This document shows, in pieces, positions 1 to 9,448 of a DNA stretch of 37,602 nt. The position numbers and the translations under genes are program-made. The stretch's first letter is position 1; each line of letters starts with the position of its first letter. The notes under the pieces are model-generated. The model was not told the origin of the DNA. It saw only the letters and a list, made by a program, of their open reading frames with translations, and searched no databases. Source of the stretch: Candidatus Aenigmatarchaeota archaeon (GTDB taxonomy: Archaea; Aenigmatarchaeota; Aenigmatarchaeia; GW2011-AR5); NCBI GenBank assembly GCA_016202875.1, contig JACQNX010000047.1, forward strand, positions 1 through 37,602, read 5' to 3'.

Positions 1-1
1 G

Positions 2-58
2 CTCTACAGGTCCGAGATCGAGGTGCAGGCTGATAAGATAATAAAGAACGACGAATAG
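2..58 (+). CDS. 3' end of a gene running in from the left edge, possibly an OB-fold protein
   Basis: Manual translation LYRSEIEVQADKIIKNDE* with TAG at 56-58; YxxEIEV resembles the last strands of OB folds. Only 18 codons are visible. Confidence 0.4.
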   Translation, partial: LYRSEIEVQADKIIKNDE

Positions 59-451
59 TTATTTGCGAAGTATAAGAAGATGAGTTGCATCTTCACTGAA
101 ATGATATCTTCCGTTCAACAAGCTCCCTCTAAATTCTAAACTATCAGATTCTGTTAACTTGTAGGTACCTGAGTCGACCCTTTTTACGAATCCTCTGTTT
201 CCTGACATAGGGCCTTCGTATGTTAAGTAACGCCGTCTTATTAGTTCCTTAGGATCTATGACTATGGCTGCCTGAAGACTTCTCAACACTTCAGTGGTTT
301 CTATTTTGTCTAATGCCAATTGTTCTGAGCCCTCTCCTTCTACGATTTCTAAAAGTATGTCATAGTGATTTGGTTTTCCTAGATAGTCGTAATGAAAAAG
401 AATAGCATATCGCAGCCAGACATCTACTAGTGGAAAGGGGTTAACTGCCAT
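59..451 (-). CDS. Stand-alone LigD 3'-phosphoesterase (PE)-like domain protein, possibly degenerate
   Basis: RYAILFH...HYDILLE and RRRYLTYEGPMSGNRGFVKRVDSGTY...FRGSLLNGRY follow the LigD-N/PE pattern (FVVxxH..HYDxxLE; HxxxYLxYEG...G.V..xDxGTY). Start uncertain (451 or 475). Confidence 0.65.
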   Translation of the reverse strand: MAVNPFPLVDVWLRYAILFHYDYLGKPNHYDILLEIVEGEGSEQLALDKIETTEVLRSLQAAIVIDPKELIRRRYLTYEGPMSGNRGFVKRVDSGTYKLTESDSLEFRGSLLNGRYHFSEDATHLLILRK

Positions 452-501
452 GTTATATGGATTCCTATAAAGCATAAAAACATATTCTCCAAGAACATGC
501 T

Positions 502-1242
502 ATGAAAGCGATTATACTTGCCGGCGGCTATGCGAAGCGCCTGTGGCCGCTGACAAAAGAGCAGGCCAAGCCGCTGGTAGATATAAATGGCAGGCCTATT
601 ATTTCTTTCATACTCGATAAGCTAGACAAATCAAATATAACAGAGATCATTATTTCAACCAATTCCAAATTTCAGCACGATTTTGAAAAATGGCTTCGCA
701 CTCAGAAATACGCAAAACCAGTAAAAATAGTTGTTGAGAACAGCAACCACGAAGGCGAAAAGCTGGGAGCTATTGGCGGAATACGATATGTACTTGAGGC
801 TTGCAACATCGATGACGATTGTCTGATCATATCAGGGGATAATTTTTTTGATTTTGATATATTGACATTCATTTCTTACTACGAGAAAAAGCGCACTGTA
901 GTGAATGCTGTATTCGATGTCGGGGATGCAAAGGAAGCAAAACGCCTTGGCGTTGTTGTTCTGGAAGGCGAACGTATTGCGGATTTTGTCGAGAAGCCGG
1001 AGAAGCCGCCTACGACACTTGCAAGCACGGGCTGCTACTTATTCCCAAAAGAAACACTTCGACTGTTTGCCAGCTATCTCAACGAGGGCAACAACAGCGA
1101 CGCGCCTGGATTTTTCCTGCAGTGGCTGCACAAGCGCCAGCCAGTCCACGCATTTATATTCAGCACCGCATGGTTTGATATCGGAACTCCGGAAAGCCTG
1201 GAAAGGGTGAGGAGATTTGTCGAGAGGGGCGTGACACTATGA
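502..1242 (+). CDS. Sugar-phosphate nucleotidyltransferase (NTP_transferase family)
   Basis: N-terminal ILAGGYAKRLWPLTKEQAKPL, GDN, FVEKP and WFDIGT motifs. Confidence 0.93.
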   Translation: MKAIILAGGYAKRLWPLTKEQAKPLVDINGRPIISFILDKLDKSNITEIIISTNSKFQHDFEKWLRTQKYAKPVKIVVENSNHEGEKLGAIGGIRYVLEACNIDDDCLIISGDNFFDFDILTFISYYEKKRTVVNAVFDVGDAKEAKRLGVVVLEGERIADFVEKPEKPPTTLASTGCYLFPKETLRLFASYLNEGNNSDAPGFFLQWLHKRQPVHAFIFSTAWFDIGTPESLERVRRFVERGVTL

Positions 1243-2333
1243 CGAACAAAAAAATATTATTCCTCTACAATGGCGGCACTATAGGACAAGTCCCAGAGAA
1301 TCGCGACGGGCAGATAGTTCTCGTTCCTCCGCGAGACAGCGAAATATTTAGGGTCGCTTGCGAGCCGACTATTGAAAAGCTGAAGAAGGACATGGACGTG
1401 ACATTCGAGTTTGTAACTGCCAAAGACAGCACCAACATGACACCCAATGACTGGGAAAAGCTGATATTCAGGATCAAGAAAGCACAAGATGAAGAAGGGT
1501 ATGATGGCGTCGCAATCGCTCACGGAACTGACACGCTGGCATATACTGCAACTGCACTTGCACTCGCGCTGCACGGAAGAGATCCAGAGAAAAGCGGGCT
1601 AAGGATACCTGTCTGCATTACAGGTGCCCAGAATCCTATTTATCAGGCTGGAGGAGACGGCAGGTTTAATCTGGAAAACTTGTTCCGGACGCTTGATGCA
1701 GCAATTGATGATGGCATTGCAGATGTACTAGTCAATTTCTGGAACAGGGTCTTATTGGGCTGCAGAACGCTAAAGCTAAGCGAGCGAAATTTTGATGCAT
1801 TCCAAAGCCCATCCTATCCGAACATCGGCTTTATTGATGCGCAGGGAGTCCACATGGAAAGCTCGCTGGCACGAAAAAAAGAAAACGCAGCGGACAAGCT
1901 TAATCTGGCGCCGAAATTTGGCAGGGGTGTTATAAGCTTCGAGCTAACGCCGGGTATTGACCCTAACGTGGTGCTGGGATTTATTACTAACGGCGGCATA
2001 TCTGCTATGATTCTAAAATCTCTGGGTGAGGGAAATGTCTGCAACGAAGGGCAGTACAATCTTCTCCCTGTTATCAAGCAGGCAACTGAAGACTACATGA
2101 TCCCTATATTTATTACAACCAAGTTTGCAGGAGGTAGCGCTGTGGCAGCGCATTATGAGGTCGGGATCGCGGCTATAAAAGCCGGAGGCATCGCATGCTT
2201 TGACCACACTGACGTGGCTGTTGACGTGAAAGTGAGGTGGCTGATAGGCAATGGCATCTGCCAGAATATCGGAGATTTCAGAAATGCGATGAGAATTAGT
2301 TTTGCAGGCGAGGTCAAGCTGCCTAAAGCATAA
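1239..2333 (+). CDS. ansA: L-asparaginase type I family protein
   Basis: GGTI, DSTNM, HGTDTLAYT and TGAQ asparaginase motifs; ATGA overlap with the upstream gene. Confidence 0.85.
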   Translation: MTNKKILFLYNGGTIGQVPENRDGQIVLVPPRDSEIFRVACEPTIEKLKKDMDVTFEFVTAKDSTNMTPNDWEKLIFRIKKAQDEEGYDGVAIAHGTDTLAYTATALALALHGRDPEKSGLRIPVCITGAQNPIYQAGGDGRFNLENLFRTLDAAIDDGIADVLVNFWNRVLLGCRTLKLSERNFDAFQSPSYPNIGFIDAQGVHMESSLARKKENAADKLNLAPKFGRGVISFELTPGIDPNVVLGFITNGGISAMILKSLGEGNVCNEGQYNLLPVIKQATEDYMIPIFITTKFAGGSAVAAHYEVGIAAIKAGGIACFDHTDVAVDVKVRWLIGNGICQNIGDFRNAMRISFAGEVKLPKA

Positions 2334-3722
2334 TTACTTGTGCTCCGGGACCAGCTCCAAACCGTGCTTTTCCATCTCTTCTTTCAGGTAATCGAGAAAC
2401 ATCTTCTGAATGTCATTTTTGTCTTTTTCTGTAACGCCCTCTACTGTCAGGCGGATGTAAGGAGACGTGTTAGACGCCCGCAAAAGTGCCCATCCGTTTT
2501 CGAGGTCGACTCGCAGGCCATCCATTGTATTCACATTCTTGAATTCTTTGGCAGCTTTGCCAGCAATGGTTTTTATAATTCCGAATTTTATCCTGTCGGG
2601 GCACTCAAAACTGACGCGCGCAAACGGGTATTTTGGCACCTGTTTCTTGAATTCCGAGAGCTTTTCGCCGCGCTCGGAAAGAATATACGCTGCATAGAGC
2701 CCTACTATTGTGGCATCGTCAAACGGTATAAAATGCGGGAGGCAGTAGTGCGCTGCTGACTCGACTCCAAAAACAGCATTGTGCCTGTGCACAGCATCCA
2801 TAAGAAATGTATGCCCCACAGGAACCCTGATAACTTTACGGCCGAATTTTCCGGCTATCAAGTCTATTGCCTTCGTGCATTCAACATTTGCCACGATATC
2901 GCCTTTCTGCGTCTTTAGCAGTTCTGAGAGGATAAGATATGAAGTCTCCTCCGGCGAAGTAAAACTGCCCTTGTCGTCCACTAATGCTGTCCTGTCGCCG
3001 TCTCCGTCATACGCAATGCCAAGGTCGAAACCGCCCTCAACAACATTTTTTTTCAACTCTGCGAGGGCGAAATCCTGGGGGTCGGGCAGGCGGTTCGGAA
3101 AAGTCCCGTCAATTTCCCCGAAAACTACCCGGGTCTCTAATCCAGCTTCCCGGAACAGCTCGGGCACAATCAATCCTGCGCAGCCGTTTCCGCAGTCTAA
3201 AACAACTGAAGTCGCCCTGTGAAAACGCACCTTAGACAGAAGGAAATTTTTATAGTCTGCAACTATTTCTTTAGGGTTTTTAACTGCACATTTTCCGCTG
3301 CCTGCTATAAATTTCCCCTTAAAAAATGTGTCCCGTATTTCCCTGTTTGTTTCGTCTATGAACCCTATGCCATTCGCATGAAAGAACTTGATGCCATTCC
3401 ATTCCTTGGGCAGATGGGAACCGGTGATGTACGCATATGTCTTTTTTTCTTGCCATGCATGGTACATTCCTGCGCCAAGCGGCAACATCCCCGCATCCTC
3501 AATGCTGAAACCGGATGACAAAAATCCTTTTACAAAGGCCTCTTTGAGCTTCTGGCTGTGCAAACGGACATCGCGCCCCAAGACTATATCTTGATGGATA
3601 TACGAACCAAATGCCTGGCCTATTCTGTGCATGATCTCCGGCGTCAGGTCCTGCCCCACAACTCCGCGGATATCATAACTCCTGAATATGCTGGATACAT
3701 TTTTTAGTGAATCGTTACCCAT
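2334..3722 (-). CDS. Phosphomannomutase/phosphoglucomutase
   Basis: FRSYDIRG, TGSHLP (phosphoserine loop), DGDGDR (metal loop), GVESAAH, RASNTSP. ATG at 3722 preferred to the track's alternative start at 3764. Confidence 0.93.
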   Translation of the reverse strand: MGNDSLKNVSSIFRSYDIRGVVGQDLTPEIMHRIGQAFGSYIHQDIVLGRDVRLHSQKLKEAFVKGFLSSGFSIEDAGMLPLGAGMYHAWQEKKTYAYITGSHLPKEWNGIKFFHANGIGFIDETNREIRDTFFKGKFIAGSGKCAVKNPKEIVADYKNFLLSKVRFHRATSVVLDCGNGCAGLIVPELFREAGLETRVVFGEIDGTFPNRLPDPQDFALAELKKNVVEGGFDLGIAYDGDGDRTALVDDKGSFTSPEETSYLILSELLKTQKGDIVANVECTKAIDLIAGKFGRKVIRVPVGHTFLMDAVHRHNAVFGVESAAHYCLPHFIPFDDATIVGLYAAYILSERGEKLSEFKKQVPKYPFARVSFECPDRIKFGIIKTIAGKAAKEFKNVNTMDGLRVDLENGWALLRASNTSPYIRLTVEGVTEKDKNDIQKMFLDYLKEEMEKHGLELVPEHK

Positions 3723-3753
3723 AGCAATCCCTTGTTTTATTTTGTAATAGCTG

Positions 3754-3836
3754 TTTTGGTGCAAAAATCAAAATATCTGGCTGAAACGTTGGCAAAATAG
3801 TATTAAAAGATTTCACATGGCTTTTTTGGTGCAAAA
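3754..3836. promoter_or_regulatory. Two identical quasi-palindromic boxes TTTTGGTGCAAAA in a divergent promoter region
   Basis: Exact 13-mers at 3754-3766 and 3824-3836 (TTTTG-N3-CAAAA), 70 bp apart, between the PMM and aminopeptidase starts. Confidence 0.55.
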
Positions 3837-3926
3837 GTTAAAATCTCTGCCTTTACGATATGTCGCAATAAAACGATACTAATAAAAAGTTCATAAAAAG
3901 AATAAAGCACAATGAGGTGTTAAAAG

Positions 3927-6434
3927 ATGTGCAGGTTTTCTGACAGGTTAATTTTCGGGAATATGGTACCGGATCCGCGCTTTGCCCTCCCTGGTGCAAC
4001 GCCGCAGTATGCACCGCACCGTGACTTCAAGACAGAACACATAAAGCTGGAATTCTCTTTTGACATAGCAAAGAAGACCGTGTTTGGCAAGAGCGCAACG
4101 ACGGTAAAAATGCTTGTGGATGCACACAAGCTCGTTTTTGATGTAGTAAATATGAAAATCAATTCTGTAAAAGACCGTGCTGGAAGGGACTATAGGTATG
4201 ACTATGATGATGCAAAGATTATTATTTATCTGGACAGGACAGCAACTGCAGGGGAAATATTTGACATCATGATTGACTATAAAATCATTAAGCCAAAGCT
4301 GGGTGTTTACTTCATTGAACCTGACAGACCTTATCCCAAGAAGCCTGTGCAGATATATACACACAGCGAAGCAGAAGAGGCACGATACTGGTTTCCATGT
4401 CATGACAGTCCGCATGAAAAATGCACTACAGAGATGCTTATCACTGTGGCTTCTGACTTCTTTGCGCTTTCCAATGGCGCTTTGGTAAATGTTTTAGAGG
4501 ACAGGAAAGGCGGCAAGAAAACATACCACTGGAAAATGCGGCACCCTCATTCTTCTTACCTTGTTATGTTTGCTGTGGGCAGGTTTATAGAAATCAAGGA
4601 GGAATGGGATGGCATACCAATAACATATTATTGTGAAAAGGGGCGAGAGGCTGATACAAGAAGGGCGTTTGGAAAGACGCCGAAGATAATGGAGTTCTTT
4701 TCAAAGAAGATAGGTGTGCGATACCCATATGAAAAATATGCGCAGGTTGCTGTGGCAGATTTTATATTTGGCGGCATGGAGCACACAACAGCGACGACCC
4801 AGACTGACTTAATTCTCCATGATGAAAGGGCACATGAGGAGACGTGGCATGACAACCTTGTTGCTCATGAGCTTGCGCACCAGTGGTTTGGCGACTTACT
4901 GACGTGCAGGGACTGGGCGCATGCATGGCTTAATGAAAGCTTTGCATGGTACTTTGATGCATTGTTTGTAGAGCATGACAAAGGAGAAGAAGAATTCTTG
5001 TATCATATGTACGAAGATGCAAAAGTTTATTTTGCTGAAGACAAAGATCGATACAGAAGGCCTATTGTGACAAACATCTTCTTTGAGCCCAGCGACATAT
5101 TTGACAGGCATCTCTACGAAAAAGGCTCTTTGGTCCTCAATATGCTAAGACATATATTGGGCACTGCGATGTGGTGGAAGTGCATAAATCACTATGTTGA
5201 AAAGAACAAGAACAAGACAGTGGAAACAGAAAACCTTATTGAGGCAATAGAAGAAGTTTCTGGCAGGAACATGAAGAGGTTCTTTGACCAGTGGATTTAC
5301 GGAGCAGGGCACCCTGAACTTCAGGCCCAGTACTACTGGGATGACAAAACAAAAGAAGCTGTGATCAGGATAGCGCAGGTGCAGAAAACAGACGACCAGA
5401 CTCCACTATTTGCATTGCCCTTGACAATAGAAATAATAACAAAGGAGGGCAGAAAGAAGTTCACAGAAATTCTGGAAGAAAAACAAAAACAGTTCAGGTA
5501 CAAAATAAATTCTATTCCTTTTGATGTGAGAATTGATCCAGACAATGCCATTTTGAAGAAGATGGATTTCATCAAACCAAAATCCATGTGGCTGTATCAA
5601 CTGGAAAATGATTCTAATATTTTAGGAAGAATCGCAGCTGCTCAGGAAATTGCGAAACTGGGTAATAGAGAGGCCGTAGAGGCCTTGGCAAAGCACTTTG
5701 AGAGGGAAAGATCCTGGGGTGTGCAGGCTGAGACTGCTCTTGCTCTTGGGACTATAAAAACCGATGCTGCCTTAAAGGCGCTGCAGAAGATGATGGGGGT
5801 GAAACATCCGAAAGCGAGAAGGGCTGTTGCTGCAGCATTGGGCGAATTCAAAACAGACAGGGTCATGGATGCTTTGAAAACACTTGTTTCTGACAAGAAC
5901 AGCTATTTTGTCCCTGCGGAAGCTGTGAAAAGTATAGGAAAAACCAACCACGACTCATCGTTGCAGCTGCTGAAGAGATACCTGCCCTTGGAATCATGGA
6001 ATGACGTTATTAAAGCAGGGGTTCTGGAAGGAATAGCACAACTACAGACAGATGAATCTATACAATTACTGAAAGCGCATGCAAAATACGGTTATCATTA
6101 CAGGTCCCGAATGGCTGCAATAAGAAACCTCGGGCTTATAGGAAAGGGCAGAAAGGATGTTCTGGACTTGCTCATTGAATTTACAAAAGAAGATTTTGCC
6201 CTTGTCCAGCTGGTGTCTGTCATTGCTCTGGGGGATCTGGGAGATGAGCGTGCTATACCTTTGCTGGAGGATATGACAAAAGGGCACAGAGATGGCCGCG
6301 TAAAGAGACAGGCGCATGAGGCAATAAGAAAGATATACACATGGCTTGATACTGACCTCGAAACTGCTGAAATAAAGGAACGGTATGAAAAATTGAAGAA
6401 GGATTTTGAGGCGCAGAAGAAACGTGCAAGTTGA
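3927..6434 (+). CDS. pepN: M1 family aminopeptidase with C-terminal HEAT-like repeats
   Basis: GGMEH exopeptidase motif, HELAHQWFG...NESFA zinc motif (HEXXH-X18-E), YEKG, and repeated A..ALG helical repeats; GAGGTG RBS upstream. Confidence 0.93.
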   Translation: MCRFSDRLIFGNMVPDPRFALPGATPQYAPHRDFKTEHIKLEFSFDIAKKTVFGKSATTVKMLVDAHKLVFDVVNMKINSVKDRAGRDYRYDYDDAKIIIYLDRTATAGEIFDIMIDYKIIKPKLGVYFIEPDRPYPKKPVQIYTHSEAEEARYWFPCHDSPHEKCTTEMLITVASDFFALSNGALVNVLEDRKGGKKTYHWKMRHPHSSYLVMFAVGRFIEIKEEWDGIPITYYCEKGREADTRRAFGKTPKIMEFFSKKIGVRYPYEKYAQVAVADFIFGGMEHTTATTQTDLILHDERAHEETWHDNLVAHELAHQWFGDLLTCRDWAHAWLNESFAWYFDALFVEHDKGEEEFLYHMYEDAKVYFAEDKDRYRRPIVTNIFFEPSDIFDRHLYEKGSLVLNMLRHILGTAMWWKCINHYVEKNKNKTVETENLIEAIEEVSGRNMKRFFDQWIYGAGHPELQAQYYWDDKTKEAVIRIAQVQKTDDQTPLFALPLTIEIITKEGRKKFTEILEEKQKQFRYKINSIPFDVRIDPDNAILKKMDFIKPKSMWLYQLENDSNILGRIAAAQEIAKLGNREAVEALAKHFERERSWGVQAETALALGTIKTDAALKALQKMMGVKHPKARRAVAAALGEFKTDRVMDALKTLVSDKNSYFVPAEAVKSIGKTNHDSSLQLLKRYLPLESWNDVIKAGVLEGIAQLQTDESIQLLKAHAKYGYHYRSRMAAIRNLGLIGKGRKDVLDLLIEFTKEDFALVQLVSVIALGDLGDERAIPLLEDMTKGHRDGRVKRQAHEAIRKIYTWLDTDLETAEIKERYEKLKKDFEAQKKRAS

Positions 6435-6742
6435 TATTGCTTTTAGAACAGCAAAAGGCATTTAAAGTGTCAAATTAATAACTATCACAGGTGTAAGGTG
6501 TGCGGATAGGAAAAAATACAGCCCATTCATGGAATTTTAATAGGCTTGTCTGCACATTGCTAGGCCTGAAGTGTTCTAATCTCAAATCTGAAATTATCAC
6601 ATACTGATTTGGGATGATTCTGTTTCTGGCGGCTAACAGAAGACCATGTTGCGCCTCGGGTAAGACCAATGGCTTTGGATTGTTTGTTTGTGTTCAGTGA
6701 GAAAGCTCGTAGTAAAAATTAACAAAAAGAGAGGCGATAACG

Positions 6743-6886
6743 ATGTCGGTGCCAAAATGCTGTGGTGTTGAAATGGGGGTAAATGTGGAAACTGGCAAAT
6801 TTGTAGAGGTCCAGTGCAAAATGTGCGGAGATGTAGTATTCGTCAAGAAGGGCGAAACAAACAAACCGCAGATGCTGGATGATTAA
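6743..6886 (+). CDS. Small zinc-ribbon protein (47 aa), absent from the ORF track
   Basis: Manual translation MSVPKCCGVEMGVNVETGKFVEVQCKMCGDVVFVKKGETNKPQMLDD*; CC...CxxC; RBS-like GAGGCGA at 6731-6737. Confidence 0.75.
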   Translation: MSVPKCCGVEMGVNVETGKFVEVQCKMCGDVVFVKKGETNKPQMLDD

Positions 6887-6987
6887 GCTAGGATATGCTT
6901 CGTTGGCTAATGCTATTGTTAATGCCTGCCAACCGTCTTTTTCCCTGTCATGAGATATTTATTAAATCTAAAATCCAGTTAGTTATC

Positions 6988-8046
6988 ATGCTGTCTTTTC
7001 GCGGTTTATTGAAAGGCGTTGATGCCGTTGTATTGCGCAATGACGAATCACACATGGATGAAAATGTTTTCTATTTACTGGAGGAAAAGCCCAGCACTGC
7101 CACGATGTTTCTTATTTTAAAGAAAAACAGCATACCTGTGCTTTTTGTTTCGGAGCTTGAACTAGGCAATTACACGCATAAAAAACATGTCCGTGTAGAA
7201 AAGCTTGACAAAGAGTCGTTGGCTAAAGAACTGGGAAATATAAAAGGGAAAATCGGCCTGAACTTTGAAACGCAAACTGCGAACCAACTGAAAAGACTAA
7301 AGAAATTCATAAAAGCACAGCAGGTTGATATTTCTTCATATTTTGAGAAAGCGCGGGAAGTCAAAACGCAGGCTGAAATCAAAAAAATCAAGACCGCATG
7401 CAGGATTACTGCAGAGATTTTTGACAGGGTGCAGGATTTGATGAAAATATGCAGAACTGAAAAAAACCTTGCCCTTAAGTTAGAGTTTGAAGCAAGAAAT
7501 AATGGGGCTGATGCTGCCGCATTTCCTCCCATAATTGCTTCTGGGATTTCATCGGCTATACCACACTACGCCACAGCAGACAAAAAAATTTCTGAGGGGT
7601 TTCTTGTTGTTGATTTTGGCGTTGTTTACGATGGCTACTGTTCTGATATAACAAGGACTTTTTTTGTCGGGATGCCAAATGCCTATCACAAACATATGTT
7701 TGCTGCTGTGTACAACGCAAAAGAGGCTGCAACAAAAATGTGTTTTGCAGGCACAGAAGCAAGGAAGGTCCATAATGCTGCTGATTCTGTTCTAGAAAAG
7801 AATTTTGGTGAAAAGATGATTCACGCTGTTGGCCATGGCCTGGGGTTGAAGGTGCACGATTTCCCGCAGGGGATAAATGCAAATGCACCATTTACATTAA
7901 AGGAAAATATGTGCATCACTGTAGAGCCTGGCTACTACAAAAGAAATTTTGGCGGGGTGCGCATAGAAGATGATGTTATAATAAAAAAGGGAAAATGCAG
8001 GGAGCTGACAAAAGCGGAAAAGGTGCTATTTTCGCTAAAAATTTAA
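6988..8046 (+). CDS. pepQ: Xaa-Pro aminopeptidase/dipeptidase (M24 family)
   Basis: PHY, VDFG, GYCSDITRT, HAVGHGLGLKVHD, TVEPGYY, GVRIEDD motifs. Start at ATG 6988, about 25 nt after a TTTATTAA box. Confidence 0.92.
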   Translation: MLSFRGLLKGVDAVVLRNDESHMDENVFYLLEEKPSTATMFLILKKNSIPVLFVSELELGNYTHKKHVRVEKLDKESLAKELGNIKGKIGLNFETQTANQLKRLKKFIKAQQVDISSYFEKAREVKTQAEIKKIKTACRITAEIFDRVQDLMKICRTEKNLALKLEFEARNNGADAAAFPPIIASGISSAIPHYATADKKISEGFLVVDFGVVYDGYCSDITRTFFVGMPNAYHKHMFAAVYNAKEAATKMCFAGTEARKVHNAADSVLEKNFGEKMIHAVGHGLGLKVHDFPQGINANAPFTLKENMCITVEPGYYKRNFGGVRIEDDVIIKKGKCRELTKAEKVLFSLKI

Positions 8047-8056
8047 TTCCTAGCCT

Positions 8057-9232
8057 TTAACCTTCTAATTGTTCGAAGTTTTCGCCTTTCAGCTCTTCCA
8101 AAGTTAAAATCTTCACGCTGCCTGAACGCACGCGTTCGCGGTAGCCCATTCCAACTACGTACTCTACAGTTCTGCGGGATGCGAGATCAACAATGGACTG
8201 GTTAACTTTTCCGTCAAAGATTATTGCATAAACAGTTGTGAACTCCGGCAAAATGTCTGCCAACTCCGAGAGGGGGACTTTTGATATCACCTGCAGCTCC
8301 CTGTCCACGAGACAGGCTGCGCGCGTGCCTATAAGATCTTCAAGGATTTTTACAAATGCCTCTTTTTCTGAGGCGTCTATCTCCTGCACTTCTTCAGAAA
8401 CGTCTTCGATGGGCTTGTTCAATGCCTGATCTACTGGGGCACGCTCGCGCAGGGCTTTGAATATCTGTTTTTTCGTGAGCTCTTCCACTTCCTTGCCCGG
8501 CTCCGCCCATGCTACGTAATCTATCTCTGCAACTGCGAGCAGTTTTTTTAAATCAAGATTGCCACCACGGTCGCCGTCCAAAAATGCTGTTGTTGTTTTT
8601 TCTTTTGTTAGGCCAATTACTGCCTGCGGGATTTTGCTGCCTTCAATGGCGATGACATTCCTGATGCCGTTCTTTAGAAGGTTTATCACATCAGCCCGGC
8701 CTTCAACGATAATAATATCGTCTGATGTGTGGACGTCAGGGCCGCAGCTGAGGCCGTTAAAATTAGAAACCTCCCAGGAGCGCACAGACTCTTTTATCAT
8801 CTCTGATATCTTTTGCGTGTCCGGCATGCCGGTGTCCATCATTGCGCGCAGGATTTCCTTTGCCCTTTCAACAACATAACGCCTCTTCTGGCTGCGGACA
8901 TCCTCAACTTTAACTATGTCTATTTTTGCCTCGCAAGGGCCGACTTTTTCTATTGTTTCCATGGATGCTGCGATGAGGGACGTTTCGCTTGCGTCCAGGC
9001 TGGACGGGATTATGATATCCGCAAAGGCTTTGCCTTTGTTTGATTTCACATTTACCTCTATTCTTCCTATACGGCCTGTGTGCTGCAGCTCGCGCAGATC
9101 GAGATCCGCGCCCAGGAGCCCCTCTGTCTGGCCGAAAATAGCGCCGATTATATCAGGCTTTTCCACTATACTTGTTGCATGCATTCTGGCATGTATCAAA
9201 TACTTTGCAAAATTCTGGGCCAATTTGGCCAT
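8057..9232 (-). CDS. dnaG: Archaeal DnaG-type primase (TOPRIM; exosome-associated in studied archaea)
   Basis: VEKPDIIGAIFGQTEGLLG, VEGRADVINLL, FLDGDRGG, GKEVEEL; GAGGTGG RBS before ATG 9232. Confidence 0.96.
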   Translation of the reverse strand: MAKLAQNFAKYLIHARMHATSIVEKPDIIGAIFGQTEGLLGADLDLRELQHTGRIGRIEVNVKSNKGKAFADIIIPSSLDASETSLIAASMETIEKVGPCEAKIDIVKVEDVRSQKRRYVVERAKEILRAMMDTGMPDTQKISEMIKESVRSWEVSNFNGLSCGPDVHTSDDIIIVEGRADVINLLKNGIRNVIAIEGSKIPQAVIGLTKEKTTTAFLDGDRGGNLDLKKLLAVAEIDYVAWAEPGKEVEELTKKQIFKALRERAPVDQALNKPIEDVSEEVQEIDASEKEAFVKILEDLIGTRAACLVDRELQVISKVPLSELADILPEFTTVYAIIFDGKVNQSIVDLASRRTVEYVVGMGYRERVRSGSVKILTLEELKGENFEQLEG

Positions 9233-9448
9233 AAATACCACCTCTTTTCTTGGGGATGGCAGAAACAGGCCTACGCAGATGGTGCGAATATAAAATCTGT
9301 TTTCAAATACATCGACACACCGATTAACTATAAAACATCAAGACCTATTCTGTCACCAATGGCTGCCTAAGGCGGCCATCTATAAAGTAATGGCATGGAA
9401 ATGCTTTTAAGGCTTTTTCAACGCCCTTTTTCGGCCAAAAATAAAAGA

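Noticed and set aside
1239-2333. GatD (Glu-tRNA amidotransferase subunit D)
   Set aside because: Lacks the N-terminal GatD domain and the QRSSDR motif, and no gatE is adjacent; called asparaginase family.
6475-6669. 64-aa minus-strand ORF in the intergenic gap
   Set aside because: Non-ATG start, no RBS, no motif; treated as non-coding.
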